Origin: Yuukianura sp. NJ FZ-2021
Taxonomy: Eukaryota
Direction of reading: 5' to 3'
DNA length: 64,000 nt
NCBI GenBank assembly: GCA_046563655.1
Contig: CM102286.1
Span: forward strand, 620,001-684,000
The notes below the pieces were generated by a model, which was not told where the DNA came from, made no database searches, and saw only the letters and a list, made by a program, of their open reading frames with translations. The position numbers and the translations under genes are program-made. This document shows, piece after piece, positions 26,701-38,515 of the stretch. The first letter of the stretch is position 1; the number at the start of each line of letters is the position of its first letter.

Positions 26701-29700
26701 CGCAGTCTTTCACATTAAAAAATTTAGTCTTCAAAATTTCAAAATTTTACATTCTGTAAATTTTTATTTGTGTTTTAGTTTGTAAGAGTTAAGTGTTGGT
26801 GAAAAAAGGCGGGAAAACTTTTTTTTTCGAAATGAGGTAGAAAACGTGTGTTTTTGGCCAGTTTGTGAAGATGTGAATCCATAAATTGAGGTTTTCACCT
26901 TGTAAAAAATCCTTTATCTTTTGAATTATGGTTTGAAACCGGAGGATAAAAAATATTGAAGTTTCTTCTTTTCAGAAATTTATAGACGGAGAGAGTCTAA
27001 AAAGTCAGTAGAAAATAAATTAAAGTAAATCGCGTGCTCCTTTCCCCTTTTCACTGACTTTTCTCTTTGCCCATACAAACTTCTATACGCACCTTTCTCA
27101 TATTTTTTCAAAAAAGGAAAACTTTTTACTTTTCTATAACACACCCATTTCAATTCATTTCAGAAACATAAAAAAGAAACTCAAACCTCTCATCCATTCC
27201 AAATAGATTGGACCCCATTGGATTTCTTTATTTAAAAAAATGGATCCATATCTCCCGCTTTTTCCAATAATTGAAAAAAATGCATTCATTTGAATTCACC
27301 CTCCACTGCATACCAGCAAACTTTTCAAATAAGCTTGATAAAAATACCCGTCTTTTTCTTTTCCTTTTTAATCATCTTTTTAAAAACTGAAATTACACCA
27401 TCATTAATTTCTAGAAAAAGCGGAAATTCTTTTGTTCAAAATTTTAACAATATCCTGTATTTCCCTGAATTTGAAAAAAAACGAGAAATAAGCCTGCTAA
27501 CAAGCAAACAAAAGAAGCAGTGGAAAAAAGGGGGAAAGTTTAAAAAAGTTTTAATCCTTTTTTTTGTCTTAAACTTGTGGTTGGTGAAAGTGAAAACTAC
27601 AACACTGCTAAAGTTTTATCCATAATCCATACAGATGGGCTTGAACTAAACAAACTTACTAAAGTTTGGTTTTGGTGAAAGCGTAAGTGAAAATTTTACT
27701 TTTAAAAATTCGGAGGAAGTAACTGTTTTGGTAAAGTGGAGGTTTATTGAACGCAGGTTTTGTTATTTAGCAATTCCAATTCAAGGTAGTTCCAGGTACG
27801 TTTTCAGAGAAAGTCAAAGAAAAACCAAACCACTTAAATTATTCACACCTTTTCAAAGTGGAGCCCATTTTCAACGAACGTGGGAATTTAACATGTTGCA
27901 ACTTTTTTCAAATTTTCTGTATTTTTTCGAAAAGCGGGAAAACCCCAAATTACGAAAACGGGAGGTTCCCCAAAAAGTTAATTTTGTCCAAACGGAGGTG
28001 AAATTTTGATGACCTTTGACCTTATGTATTTTTTAGGAATCTCTTCTGATATTTACTACGTGCGAGAGGGCGTGGTCAACGAGTACGCCACTTCATTTTT
28101 GGTGACGGTGCCCGCAGAAGTGGATGATCTCAACTTTTCATGGCAAGCTCTCACCAAACGACCAGTAAGTTTCACTTTTCAAAAAAAAAGAAAAGTTCCG
28201 AAAGTCAAAATGCACAAAACAAACGAAAAGTTTTGCTTTGAAGAATAAAAGTTTCAGAGTTTCACTTTCAACGGTTTAGCTTAGAAGTGGAGAAACTTTT
28301 TAAACTTTCTCTTCTCTTTTCTCAAGGTAATTAGAGTAGCAGTTCATTAAGAAACACAAATCCAACTCATTCCTAAGAAAAGTTTTGAATTCCAGAAAGC
28401 AAAAACTACAAACCAAAACAAAAAGCTTTGCCATTCATTTCAATTAAACTGACATGACTAATTTCATGAAAATTTGAAAAATTGTTTTATGTTACAAAAC
28501 TAAAACCGCGAAAAGTGAATTTTCCAACATTTTAAAATTATTTATAGTTTCTTAAAACTTTGTTTTGGCATCACACTTTTTGGTAAAAGGCGGAACTTAA
28601 GGTTTTGTTTTAGTCAATTTTTTGTGGTAAAATGTTGGAAAAAAATTTTTGCGTGATTTTTTTTTGTTTTTAGCTATGCATTCATGAGGAAGTTGAAAAT
28701 GTAAAGTGTGACGGTCGTTTCTCTTAAGTTCAGTGCAGGATTTACGACTAGTAATTAGTCACAGCCGAAAGTTTAGAAAGTTATAAATCTACTTCCTTTT
28801 CTAAGGATGTCTCTCATAACTTATGTGTCACACCTCCTTATTTTACCAACACTAAAAAAATTCTAACTTTTTTACTTTTGCTTTTTTGAAATTTTATACT
28901 CCCGTTTTTGCTCCAATTTCATAAAAAGCTGAACTTCCTACTTATATTACTTTAAAAAAAAGTTCCCCCTCCTTTCAAATTTGTGCTGATTCTGATTTTG
29001 ATGTTAACAATCACAAACATAAAATGGAAAAGCAAAAAAAATTGGTTCAAAAAGGAACTTTATGGCCATGTTTATTTTTATGTCCGACGTTAAATTTTTT
29101 GGAAAAGGAGAAAGTTTTTATTTTTGGTTCACTGGAGCCAAATGCTAAGTAAAAAACACTTTTCCTTCTCTTTTTTTGCTTTCACTTCCCAAACTTAATC
29201 AACATAACTCAATTTGGTTTTCCCAAAAATTGCTTAGACAAGTTCAAAGAAAAATAAATCTACGAGAGTTAAATTACAGTATTTCCCCTAAAAACGAAAA
29301 AACAGCTCTCATAACAGTTTTTGTTAAGTTAAGCAAAAACTAGACCGGAAAGTATGTTTTTCGAAGTTTATTATGAGAGGAGAATCCATTGATGCGGAAT
29401 ACAGGAAAAACCTTTTGTGAAAGTTACTCTTCAGTTTCTTAGAAAATACATAACTTTTTTCCCGCTTTCCGCTGCTTTTAGTTTGAGTCCGAGCGGAAGC
29501 GGCAGAAAGCATCTGCAGAAAGTCAATCTAAAGACAAAAAGAAGCCTCCTTCCGTCCCGGTTTTTTTCTGGAAATGGAGCATTTGTGACTTTGTGCTTTC
29601 ACTTTTTGAGGAATTTGTTGTTTAGTTTCATTCAGTTGTTGCTTTTGTGTTGCTATCCTGAGAGTATCTTTTCTTTTTCATTTCCTCCTGTTAAACAATC

Positions 29701-32700
29701 TGTCTCCAGAAACTGACTTTTATAACCACGACGAAAGTTCTTTGGAAAGAGGGAGTTACTATATTAGAAAAAAGTGGAGGGAGTAACTATCTGAGAAAAA
29801 GCAGTGGGAGTAACTATATGAGAGAAAGAAGAAGAGTAACTTTATTGAACTTTCACTTTGTCATTACTTTTAAAGAATTTCTTTAATTAACCAATTTAAC
29901 TTCCCCCTCAGTTCAAACTAAGGTTAAGGTTACACGCCTGTAAAAAAAAGTTAGGAATTTGGAATGCCAAATTCATTACGTGAAAAGGGAGGTTGATTGG
30001 AGATGATTTGTGAAACTCAAATTAAAACGAGCGTTGAGAGAAATTTTTTTTCTGGCGATGCCCATCTCTGCAGCTTGTACGAGAAAAAATTATCTCCGAA
30101 TGCCCATCTCTGGTGATAAGCGCAGTTGCACTGATTGGCTGAAGTTGAATTTTCGAGGAATGCGGGTAACTCGAGATTAGAAAATGAAAAACGGGTTTCA
30201 ATGTAAACTAGCTTGTTAAAATAGTTTGATTTAAGTTAGGCTAGTTAGGTTTTGAGATGAGATGGAGGAAATGAAGCCACAAATACCACAAAAGTATACT
30301 TGAGTTTGGAAACTGAAAGATTTCCAATTTCCAGCTTAAAACAAATATTGGCCCAAGTCAACAAAGTTTTTGAAAGGAGGGATTTGGAGATTGGAAAAGC
30401 GCGGGAAGTTTGGAAATTGAAAAGTTATTAAACTTGACCCCCATGTTTGAATGGCTTTTGGGAGATTAGGGTTAGCGGATGAGGAGAAAGTTTGGCTTTG
30501 AAGTTGGAGAAAGTAAAAGCCTCATGTGTGTCCTGTCGAGATAAGGTTTAATTTTGTTTATTAAAAAGCTTCAGGCCATTTCCAAATTTTATTACAAGAA
30601 ATTCCAAAAAATTAATATTGATTTTAACTGTTTTTAAAATTTTTGCAGGTTTTCTATAACATGACAATCGATTACACGGATTTCTTTGCCCTTCTCCCGC
30701 CAATTTTCAACATTTCAAGTTCCGGCCGCGTTCCTCATAACCTCGAAGTGTTTCGGTAAGTTTTCAGGTTTAAATTTTTTGGCGCCAAAAATTCCTATTA
30801 TACAGAAGCGTCCTGAGGTCTTCCAACTGTGCGAATATAACCCCTATTACTAGTAACCTTGCTCAGCGATTGTGCACCACTCTTGAACCAGCGTTCCTTG
30901 GCATTGAACATTCCTGGCGGAATGTCATCCCTTGAAAATGACAAAATTTGGATAATGAATAAACCTAAAAATGCAAAGTTTACAAGGTGGATAAACAAAG
31001 AAATGCTTTTTCTTTAACAGGTTAGGCAGTAACTGGAATTTTAAGTTTTTTTGCGAAAAAATGCCACAACTGAATTCACCTAGTTTCAATAGCGGTGGGT
31101 AGGGTAAATTGGATTAAAAAAATTGGAACGATATGGCTTTTGAATTGGTAAATTGAAAGTGGAAAAGATAAATAGTAGAAAAAAAAGGTTAAAAAAGGTA
31201 GAAAATATTGTTTGATTCAAGATTTTCCGAAAGCAGGACTTATTGCCTAACCTGTTAAAGGAAAACTATTTCGTTGCTATAGCAACCTTACGACAGTTGT
31301 GTCCAACTATTTTTGTACCGTTTGGATGGATCAACGTTGAAGTAGAGTAGGACGGAAATGAGTTCCTTGTCAGTTAGCAAATCCAGCGGTGCAACGAGTA
31401 TAGAGAAGTCGGACTTATTCATCACTGGAAACCGAATCATCGGTATTAGATCCGTCAGCACATTCCGAAGAGCGTTTGCTGTTGGTTCCACGCCATCTCT
31501 CTTGCACATCTCTTTCCCCCAACTATGAATGAACAATAGGGAGTTTGCATTTATAAGTTATAGAATTTATAGAAAGTTTAGAATTTCTGAAGCCAGTTTT
31601 CAAACTTTTCGAAGTTACAAAATTTATAAACACGGAAAATGAGAAAAGTTTCGGATGTGACGTCACAGATTTAAAATCAACCAATCGCGGAAGCCGTAAC
31701 AAAGCGGGTGGCAGGAGGTGAAAAGAGGCGGGACTTATAAATTCTATAATTTCTATAATTTCTATAAATGATTTGAAATGGAAACTTCCTAGTATGGGAC
31801 GAATAATGTGTAGTTACATCATAATTTTTTTTAAATAAATAAATGACAATAAATTGCATCATAAACGTTTTAGTTTTAAGCTTGTTACCGAAGAACAGCA
31901 TTGAATACTTGAGTTTCATTTGTTGCCGCAAGTGAATCCGATGCCAGCACTTTGAACAGGTTGTGACCCGTGAAGTTCAGAAATTCTTCTGAATCCAGAA
32001 TTATGTTTGCGTTGCTAAAAAATAAACAAATACAAAACAGCCAATATTTGTATCAAATTCAACTTGGAAATTGTTTTAGGAAAACGTGGGGTTAATTTGG
32101 AGACCAAACTTTAGAATGAAGTTAAGTGCCGTGTCCCGCAATTTGTCGTTTTGGTACTTGATTGCCAATTCGTAAGCAGTTACTGCTGATTGAACAGTGA
32201 TTTGTTGTAAGGTTTTCCAGCACCATTGTTCCAAATCCTGGATCTTGAACTGGACAGCATGTTTGAGCAAGATGGCAGCTTGTTGTGATTTCGGTTCTTC
32301 TCCAGTGTACAAAAACTTCAGTTTAAAATGAAGCGGAAAATTGTCAACCAAATATATCAAGCTTCACAGTCCACTTGAGATGGAATATAGCAAGGTTCTT
32401 TTAGCAACAAAATAGTTTTTCTTTAACAGTTTAAACAATAAGTCCCCTCTCCAAAAATCATTTCCCCCTGAACTGGTTTATCGCTTTTATTTACAAAAAC
32501 TTAAAAGTTTGCACCAACCGTTCGAAATGAAGAAAAAAAACCTCGAAGGAAAAATACCCATCAAGACGAGAGTTAGGTTTGCCTAACCGGTTAAAGAAAA
32601 GCTATTTTTTGTTCGCAAACCTTGGAATACAGAGTTAAGATAACCACCTATCTACAAAAAATTTTTTCCCCAAAAACGTACGTGTAATAATTGTTTAAAA

Positions 32701-35700
32701 TCTTTCATGTCTCCTTCTTCAATGCTGTAGGTAGCATTCGGATTACTATTAGTTTTTTCAAACAGACTTTCAAAAACTGGAGAATGCAATCTGAGCACCA
32801 GCTGATGAGCCTTGATCTTCTCTTTAGTTTCTCCGACCAAAAATGTCACGTCATAAGGACATCCGAATCCATTTTCGAGAAGTGCAATCAGCCGACTTTT
32901 GTGGCTGTTTCCTAATGTCTCCCGCCAGTTCTCCATCTTCTACAATGGCACGATTTTAGACGAAAATTTAAATGTTACGTTTGTTGATGCTGATTGTATG
33001 TTCAGGAAAAGAAACTTTGAACTAACACACACGACTAACAAAAGAACTTTTTTAATCAATCACTATCTGACCACTGACCAGCTTCGCAAACTGTGATTTG
33101 AATCGCAATTAACCAACGTCAGCATATTATCTTTCAACCCGTCAAACAAAGGGGTTTTAATATTGACAAAATCCTAATGCACTTATGCATTGATATCTAA
33201 TCTATAGATTAGATATCAAACGTGTTGAGCACTGTAACTAAAAGTGCTGTAATGTGAAACCAAAGAGCCTTGCAAGGTGGATAAACAAAGAAATTTTTTA
33301 ACAGGTTAGGCAATAAATCGAGTGTTAAGTTTTTTGTGAAAAAATTTCAATACTGATTTCAGCTAGTTTCAATCGCGGTTGGTATGGTAAACGGAATTAA
33401 AGAATTCGGTGAGATGGCCTTTGAATTGGCAAATTCTAAGTTAGGAAAGGAATAAAAAGTAGAAAAAGCAAAAAAAAAAATAGGAAAAAATTGTTTGGGG
33501 CCAGGGGGCGGCAAAAATGCCTTAGCGACCAAAACCGATTCTTTATTTGTTTACAATTTCACTCACAGTGACGTCACTCCGAGTGAAAATACAGGTTCAT
33601 CCGAGTTTTTAAGCTATTTTTAAGTTTGCGGCGAAAGTATGAGACTAAAATGCTGAAAATTTTGAACAACACTGTAAATGAGTGAACTCGGAGTCAAAGA
33701 AATCCCATAGCAACTCAGTTTTGAAAAAACAATTTTCAACAACCGTACCTATAAGTATTCTATTTACCTTGGGTTCATCCGAGTTTTTAAGCTATTTTTA
33801 AGTTTGCGGCGAAAGTATTGAGACTAAAATGCTGAAAATTTTGAACAACACTGTAAATGAGTGAACTCGGAGTCAAAGAAATCCCATAGCAACTCAGTTT
33901 TGAAAAAATAATTTTCAACAACCGTACCTATAAGTATTCTATTTACCTTGGTTTGGGGCGAGATTTTTTGACAACAGGGCTTACTGCCAAACCTCTTAAA
34001 GCAAAAGTATTTCGTTGCTATAGCAGCCTTGGAGCCTTGTTTTGTGTTATACTCGGAATCAAGGTTTCTTGACAACCATGTACGCTTCTTTAACATGTTA
34101 CGTGGTACCTCCCTCGTTTATATTTTTAAATGGTGAAAAAACTGAAGGAACAGAAAAAAAAACTTTTTTTAAGTGAAGTTGCCAAAGCAGTAGTTTACTT
34201 GTTCCGAATTTCTTTTTTTGCAATTTTGGGTTTTGCTAATTACTCGGTACGAGTGATTGATAAGATTTCGTGGTTGGTCTATAATTAAATCGATTTTTTT
34301 GTGTTTTCAAAATTTGAAATTCTTTTTCTTTCAAAATTTTAGGTTGAGTCTCCCATGTAGCGGTCGGATAAACGCTGAAGTGACTGTAACGATTCGAATA
34401 GTTTTTCAAATTAAGCATCCAAAGTTAAACACAACAACAATTAAAATCAAAAGAAACAAAATCTGTCTACTCAAAGGTGAGATTTTAGTTTCTAAAATGT
34501 TAATTACTCAAGTTAATGACTTTTCTCTTCCAAGTGTCAAGGTTTAAGTAGCTGTTTGCAACTCCCTTCTTTTCTAAAATTTCAAAACTACGTCTTAATT
34601 TTCTCTTTTTATCTAATCCTAATCTTCCTCTTGTTGTTCTGCGTAGAGTCAAACCCATTCATTACACTTTTCGCCTAATGGCGCTCCAGAAATTTCAAAA
34701 AAGTCATGCAATCGTGCTTTCTCTTTCACTCAATTGCACCTTGGAGGTCATTCACCTTTTCAAAACGCGTGTTCAAAAAACGAAACTGAAGCAATTTTCT
34801 GAAAAAAAAAATACTACACAAGCGTGACATTTCAAAAATTCAGGTCACTGTGAAAATAATGTACATGAGACTCACTTCAGAATTTGTGAACGCCAAAAAC
34901 CATGATAACGTAATCATTATTACGCCCAATGAAAACCAATACACAATTCTATAACGACTATGGCGCCCAATAACACAAAGTTCAACGACTATGACAAAAG
35001 TATCGGTTTTGTAATAGACTAAAAGTGAATTGAAAGATAGAAAATTTGGAATCGTACTTTTCAAAAAAAAAAAATTAAAAAAAAACGGCCTACCGAACTT
35101 TCAATTCACATTTTTTGTTCAGTTTAAGGAAAAGTTGTCCAACATGTTTCAAATTTGAATAAAAAACGTAAAAATTTCTGAAAATGGGAGATACGCAAAT
35201 GGTTTTGGAATTTAACGACTGAAGCAACGCTACACTTTGAAATTTTTACGATAATGGAATTCCTCTATAAGCCTGAATACATTTTTTTTTTGAAATTTCG
35301 AACCAAAAATGTAGCAGAGCAATAAAAGTTGGACTTCAGAGAGAAAGTGTTTGGTCTAAAAAAATACTATTGATAGAACAAAGACTTTCACCATGCATGG
35401 ACCATATGGCTGCCCATTTCTGTCCGAATCGAACAGTAATCAACTTTTTACTTTGTTCCAGAATCTGCTCCACCAACAGCTACTTCTAAAAACACTGCTG
35501 GATTTCCATCTGTGACGGTTGAATCTGACGAGCACTCTCTTTCGCCGCGCCATCAATCAACGAATGGAGAAAAGCCATTAAGGAACGACCTCTCTTTCTT
35601 CTCCAATCCAACACCAACACTCCTGCTCATTGGCCTCCTCGGCTCATGCGCAGTCACAGCCTCAGCAGTCTTCCTCTCATTCTTCATCTGTCTCCGGCGC

Positions 35701-36423
35701 AGACTCACTCCTCAACACACAACTGCTCTCCCTGGATACAGGTGCCATGGAAACAGTTGCCATGGAGACAGCAGTTCCCATGGCGACAACTCCAGTCCAG
35801 CATCTCTCCTCAGACAGGCAGCACCACTGCCAGCACCAGACTGGAAGAACTTCAACTCCGTTCCACCGCTCACTTCAGCCGCTCAAGAAAAGAGCGGGAG
35901 TGGAAATGGATTGCCGAGTTCTGGGAGCCACAATTCATACGTCGGCACTGGGCCCTTGTGGACCGAAGTAACCAATGATGGGGCCGAGAAGAGCCGAGTG
36001 CCTCCGAGTGGACTGCCGAAGTGTGGACAGACCCTTAAGGGCTCCGATGTGTCTCCCTATGCCTATGCCCATGTTGGGCTCCAGTTGCCTCCTGCCCTCC
36101 CGAAGTGTGGTGCTCCTCCTCTGATCGAATGGTACTCGCAGTTTCCATGCCAAAGTGGCAACAGCCCCTTGACAACGAGTAGCTACGTTGCCACTAGCAA
36201 CGACAAAATCCACATCTACGCCAACAACCTCCAAAGCAAATTCAGTCCTCTACTCAACAGAAACAAAAATGGAAGGAATTCGGGGGACTTCGAAACTAAA
36301 AATTTGGAAAATCCAAATTCCTCAACAGGAAAATCAACTACAGGGAGTTTAGTACTTGTTGATGGATTTGAGTGTAGACGGAATTTGACAAATGAGGAAA
36401 ATGTGGTGGAACGATTTTTGTAA
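20720..36423 (+). CDS. Ryk/Derailed-like WIF-domain receptor without kinase domain, copy 2, complete (exons 20720-20873, 28037-28164, 30649-30755, 34343-34476, 35462-36423; 494 aa)
   Basis: Signal-peptide exon ending NFNFYLDRREFQKLH/G joins the WIF exons in phase. Internal exon sizes (128, 107, 134 nt) equal those of copy 1. TM helix and cytoplasmic tail end in VVERFL and a stop. Confidence 0.88.
21095..22261 (-). CDS. Secreted MACPF-like protein (exons 22261-22188, 22119-21715, 21650-21095; 344 aa), nested antisense in intron 1 of the WIF gene
   Basis: Signal peptide MRWSIFLFCHFVGSCLS, PLFQFTC...IPDQL segment, and DFERAFNALP...FFEKYGTGYY...FYG resembling the MACPF signature. Splice phases are consistent. 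Confidence 0.68.
29749..29842. repeat. Short degenerate tandem repeat (about 27-30 bp, 3-4 copies)
   Basis: Recurring GGGAGT(T/A)ACTAT...GAAAAA..GTG units. Confidence 0.6.
30798..32936 (-). CDS. BTB-BACK domain protein (BTBD1/2/3/6-like, no PHR domain seen), 5 exons, nested antisense in intron 3 of the WIF gene
   Basis: BTB motifs DVTFLVG...IKAHQLVL...SPVFESLF and FLYT; BACK motifs ETQVFNAVLRWG..C and IRFPVM...LLTDKE. Exons splice in frame. Confidence 0.88.
30983..31290. mobile_element. Degenerate CAAGG-ended MITE in BTB gene intron 4
   Basis: The left 220 bp is clearly similar to 33273-33500 and the right end to about 33985-34031. No TSD recognisable. Confidence 0.65.
31537..31791. mobile_element. 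Possible MITE with TAGG termini and internal TTATAGAA repeats in BTB gene intron 3
   Basis: TAGGGAGTTTGCATTT versus reverse-complement TAGGAAGTTTCCATTT, with inverted arrays of TTATAGAA/TTCTATAA. No TSD found. Confidence 0.45.
32391..32624. mobile_element. CAAGG-ended MITE with 8-bp TSD (P-element-like or hAT-like)
   Basis: CAAGGTT...AACCTTG termini flanked by GAATATAG and GAATACAG. Confidence 0.75.
33190..33219. repeat. Perfect 30-bp palindrome upstream of the BTB gene
   Basis: TTGATATCTAATCTA followed directly by TAGATTAGATATCAA. Confidence 0.9.
33273..34031. mobile_element. CAAGG-ended non-autonomous DNA transposon (759 bp) with an internal tandem duplication of about 180 bp
   Basis: Imperfect TIRs of about 45 bp, a perfect 8-bp TSD GAGCCTTG (33265-33272 and 34032-34039), and near-identical repeats at 33594-33771 and 33772-33951. 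Confidence 0.85.
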
Positions 36424-36505
36424 CATTGAGTATATTTACTAATTTATTAAATCACAATTCTTAAATAATATTTATTAATAATAAATATTATATAAATGCT
36501 AAAAC

Positions 36506-38515
36506 TCAAGTTATAAGGGGTTTAAAAACTTGAACTCTAGTTACAGTAGATTTAAAATAAGAACACTCAAGTAAAAACACAAAAATTCCGAAAACGGCAA
36601 ACATCAAACCAACCAAAATCAAATAAAATACGTAAGTTTGACTCTGTCGTACTAATTGTCCTGCACTTCTATTTTGACCACTGTTTTTCTGGTGACCTTT
36701 GACCCGACCTTGAGTACCTTGATTAAGTTGACCTTGAGGATGAGGAATGTGAATGAAAAAACCGAATTGGGCGACCCACTGTAACCGGTTGTAGTAAATG
36801 CCGAGCCTGTCAAAACTTGTGTCTAACATTTGCCAAGCGTTGGTATCTTGCATGAAACGATCTTTTCCAAAATAAAATTCAGGGCCGTCAGGGTAGATGG
36901 CGCTATTCAGGGCCGTCAATCGGCCGGAAAGTGCGCTCAATTCAGTCCTGTTACCAACAAACATGGTTTTGTCGCACTTTTGAAGTTCTTGTTCCATTGT
37001 ATGGTCGGGGCTGTAGTTGACCGAAATACTGTTGAACATTTTTTCATACCTGGAACTTGTGAAGTTTATGTTCGGTTGACCCAGGTCATTGTACATTGGT
37101 AGTTGTGGTGGTTTCAAACGTTTTGCATGCGGTTTCAATGCAAGAAGAAATTGACTACTGTCATGGTGGTCTGGCTTGTTTCTCATAAAAACGTGTTGGT
37201 AAACAGCTTCAATCGGTTGTTGTGTATAAGCCAATACTTTAACAATGTCTTTTCTTATCAAATTTGAAATTGGCGCCAAAATGGTATAACCACTTGTAAC
37301 CCCCTCTTCGATTGTTTGAACATAATTTGGAGAGACGGCGGTGGGAAAAAATGTTTGGAACATTAGTGAACCAGTAAAAATTCTACCACAAAAATTTACC
37401 GTAATGCATGCAATGACTACAAAATATTTACTCCAATTTTTATTAAATTTTGATTTAAACAAGAAAAAGATAAAAACAGTAACTAAAACCAAAATTTGAA
37501 ACAACATGAACAAAATGTTTGCAACAAATTTGAAATTTGGCAATTTGAAATTTTCGCCACTTGTAGCACATGTAACGAAATTAAAATATTGACCATCAGA
37601 GTACCATACAGTATTTGCTTTAGTATTTGAACCCAAAGTGAATTTAGTTCCAAGCCGTTGGGTTACAATTCCATAAGACGGTTCTGTTTTCAATTTTTTT
37701 AAAACAAAGAAATTTGAAATTTTTTCAAAAATGGTTTTTGATGTATTCGATACCGTAATGCCCAATAGTAGCGGTGTGTACGGGAACTCCTTTGGGAAAG
37801 TATTAGAATTTGGTACTGCTTTTTTCAAACTATCGTATACGACTACGCCACCTATCAGATGTTCTCCGGTAACGAACGAGTATTTGGTGAAATTATTACT
37901 AGGACAAAACGTCCACGTAAGTCTGCAATGTCCAAGAACAATTGCACGGTAAATTTCGTCCAGTAGTTGCCGTCTTACCACAAGAACATTGCCGGTAACG
38001 GACCCACTAACGACAGTATTGCAATATTTCGTACCAGTTTTGACGGTAAGTGCCAAACTTGCATTGACAAATTGCAAAATATAAAAAGCAGAAATTGGAT
38101 TAGATGTAATGAGCTGATTAGGCTGAAATGTGCTTTCGGAATCTTTTAAAATAATAAAATAAGTTGTACGCAGATTGCATAACATTTTGCAGTCAGATAA
38201 CCATTTGAAATCATGATAATAACGTGGGTTCAAAATTAAAATTAGTCCGCAATTGTGTGGAAACTGTGAAGTCCGTGTAAGTTTTTTAGTAGCGCGAGAA
38301 TATGTTTTTGTAGATTGAAGTAATAGCTGCATAGTTGGAACATTGTTGGGCGTAAAAGAGTCGGAATACAGTGTGTATCGGATTACAATGTTTCGACATT
38401 TTTCAAAGTCGGTAATATCGAGTAAGTCGAGAGGCAGTAGAGATTCGGTTTTACCGAAACCGTTAACGGCAATTTGTATATGAAAAATAAAAAATAGGAA
38501 TTGGGTCAAGGTCAT
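36506..38515 (-). CDS. Divergent ionotropic-receptor-like membrane protein (intronless, about 669 aa)
   Basis: Signal-like N-terminus, FNFVTC motif before M1, and three TM segments with IR-like spacing, the last ending IFVFLLE. The family call is an inference from topology. Confidence 0.65.
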   Translation of the reverse strand: MTLTQFLFFIFHIQIAVNGFGKTESLLPLDLLDITDFEKCRNIVIRYTLYSDSFTPNNVPTMQLLLQSTKTYSRATKKLTRTSQFPHNCGLILILNPRYYHDFKWLSDCKMLCNLRTTYFIILKDSESTFQPNQLITSNPISAFYILQFVNASLALTVKTGTKYCNTVVSGSVTGNVLVVRRQLLDEIYRAIVLGHCRLTWTFCPSNNFTKYSFVTGEHLIGGVVVYDSLKKAVPNSNTFPKEFPYTPLLLGITVSNTSKTIFEKISNFFVLKKLKTEPSYGIVTQRLGTKFTLGSNTKANTVWYSDGQYFNFVTCATSGENFKLPNFKFVANILFMLFQILVLVTVFIFFLFKSKFNKNWSKYFVVIACITVNFCGRIFTGSLMFQTFFPTAVSPNYVQTIEEGVTSGYTILAPISNLIRKDIVKVLAYTQQPIEAVYQHVFMRNKPDHHDSSQFLLALKPHAKRLKPPQLPMYNDLGQPNINFTSSRYEKMFNSISVNYSPDHTMEQELQKCDKTMFVGNRTELSALSGRLTALNSAIYPDGPEFYFGKDRFMQDTNAWQMLDTSFDRLGIYYNRLQWVAQFGFFIHIPHPQGQLNQGTQGRVKGHQKNSGQNRSAGQLVRQSQTYVFYLILVGLMFAVFGIFVFLLECSYFKSTVTRVQVFKPLIT

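Noticed and set aside
30983..34031. BTB gene mobilised as a Pack-type composite transposon between outer CAAGG ends
   Set aside because: The outer flanks share no TSD, two of the elements have their own TSDs, and the last BTB exon lies outside the interval.
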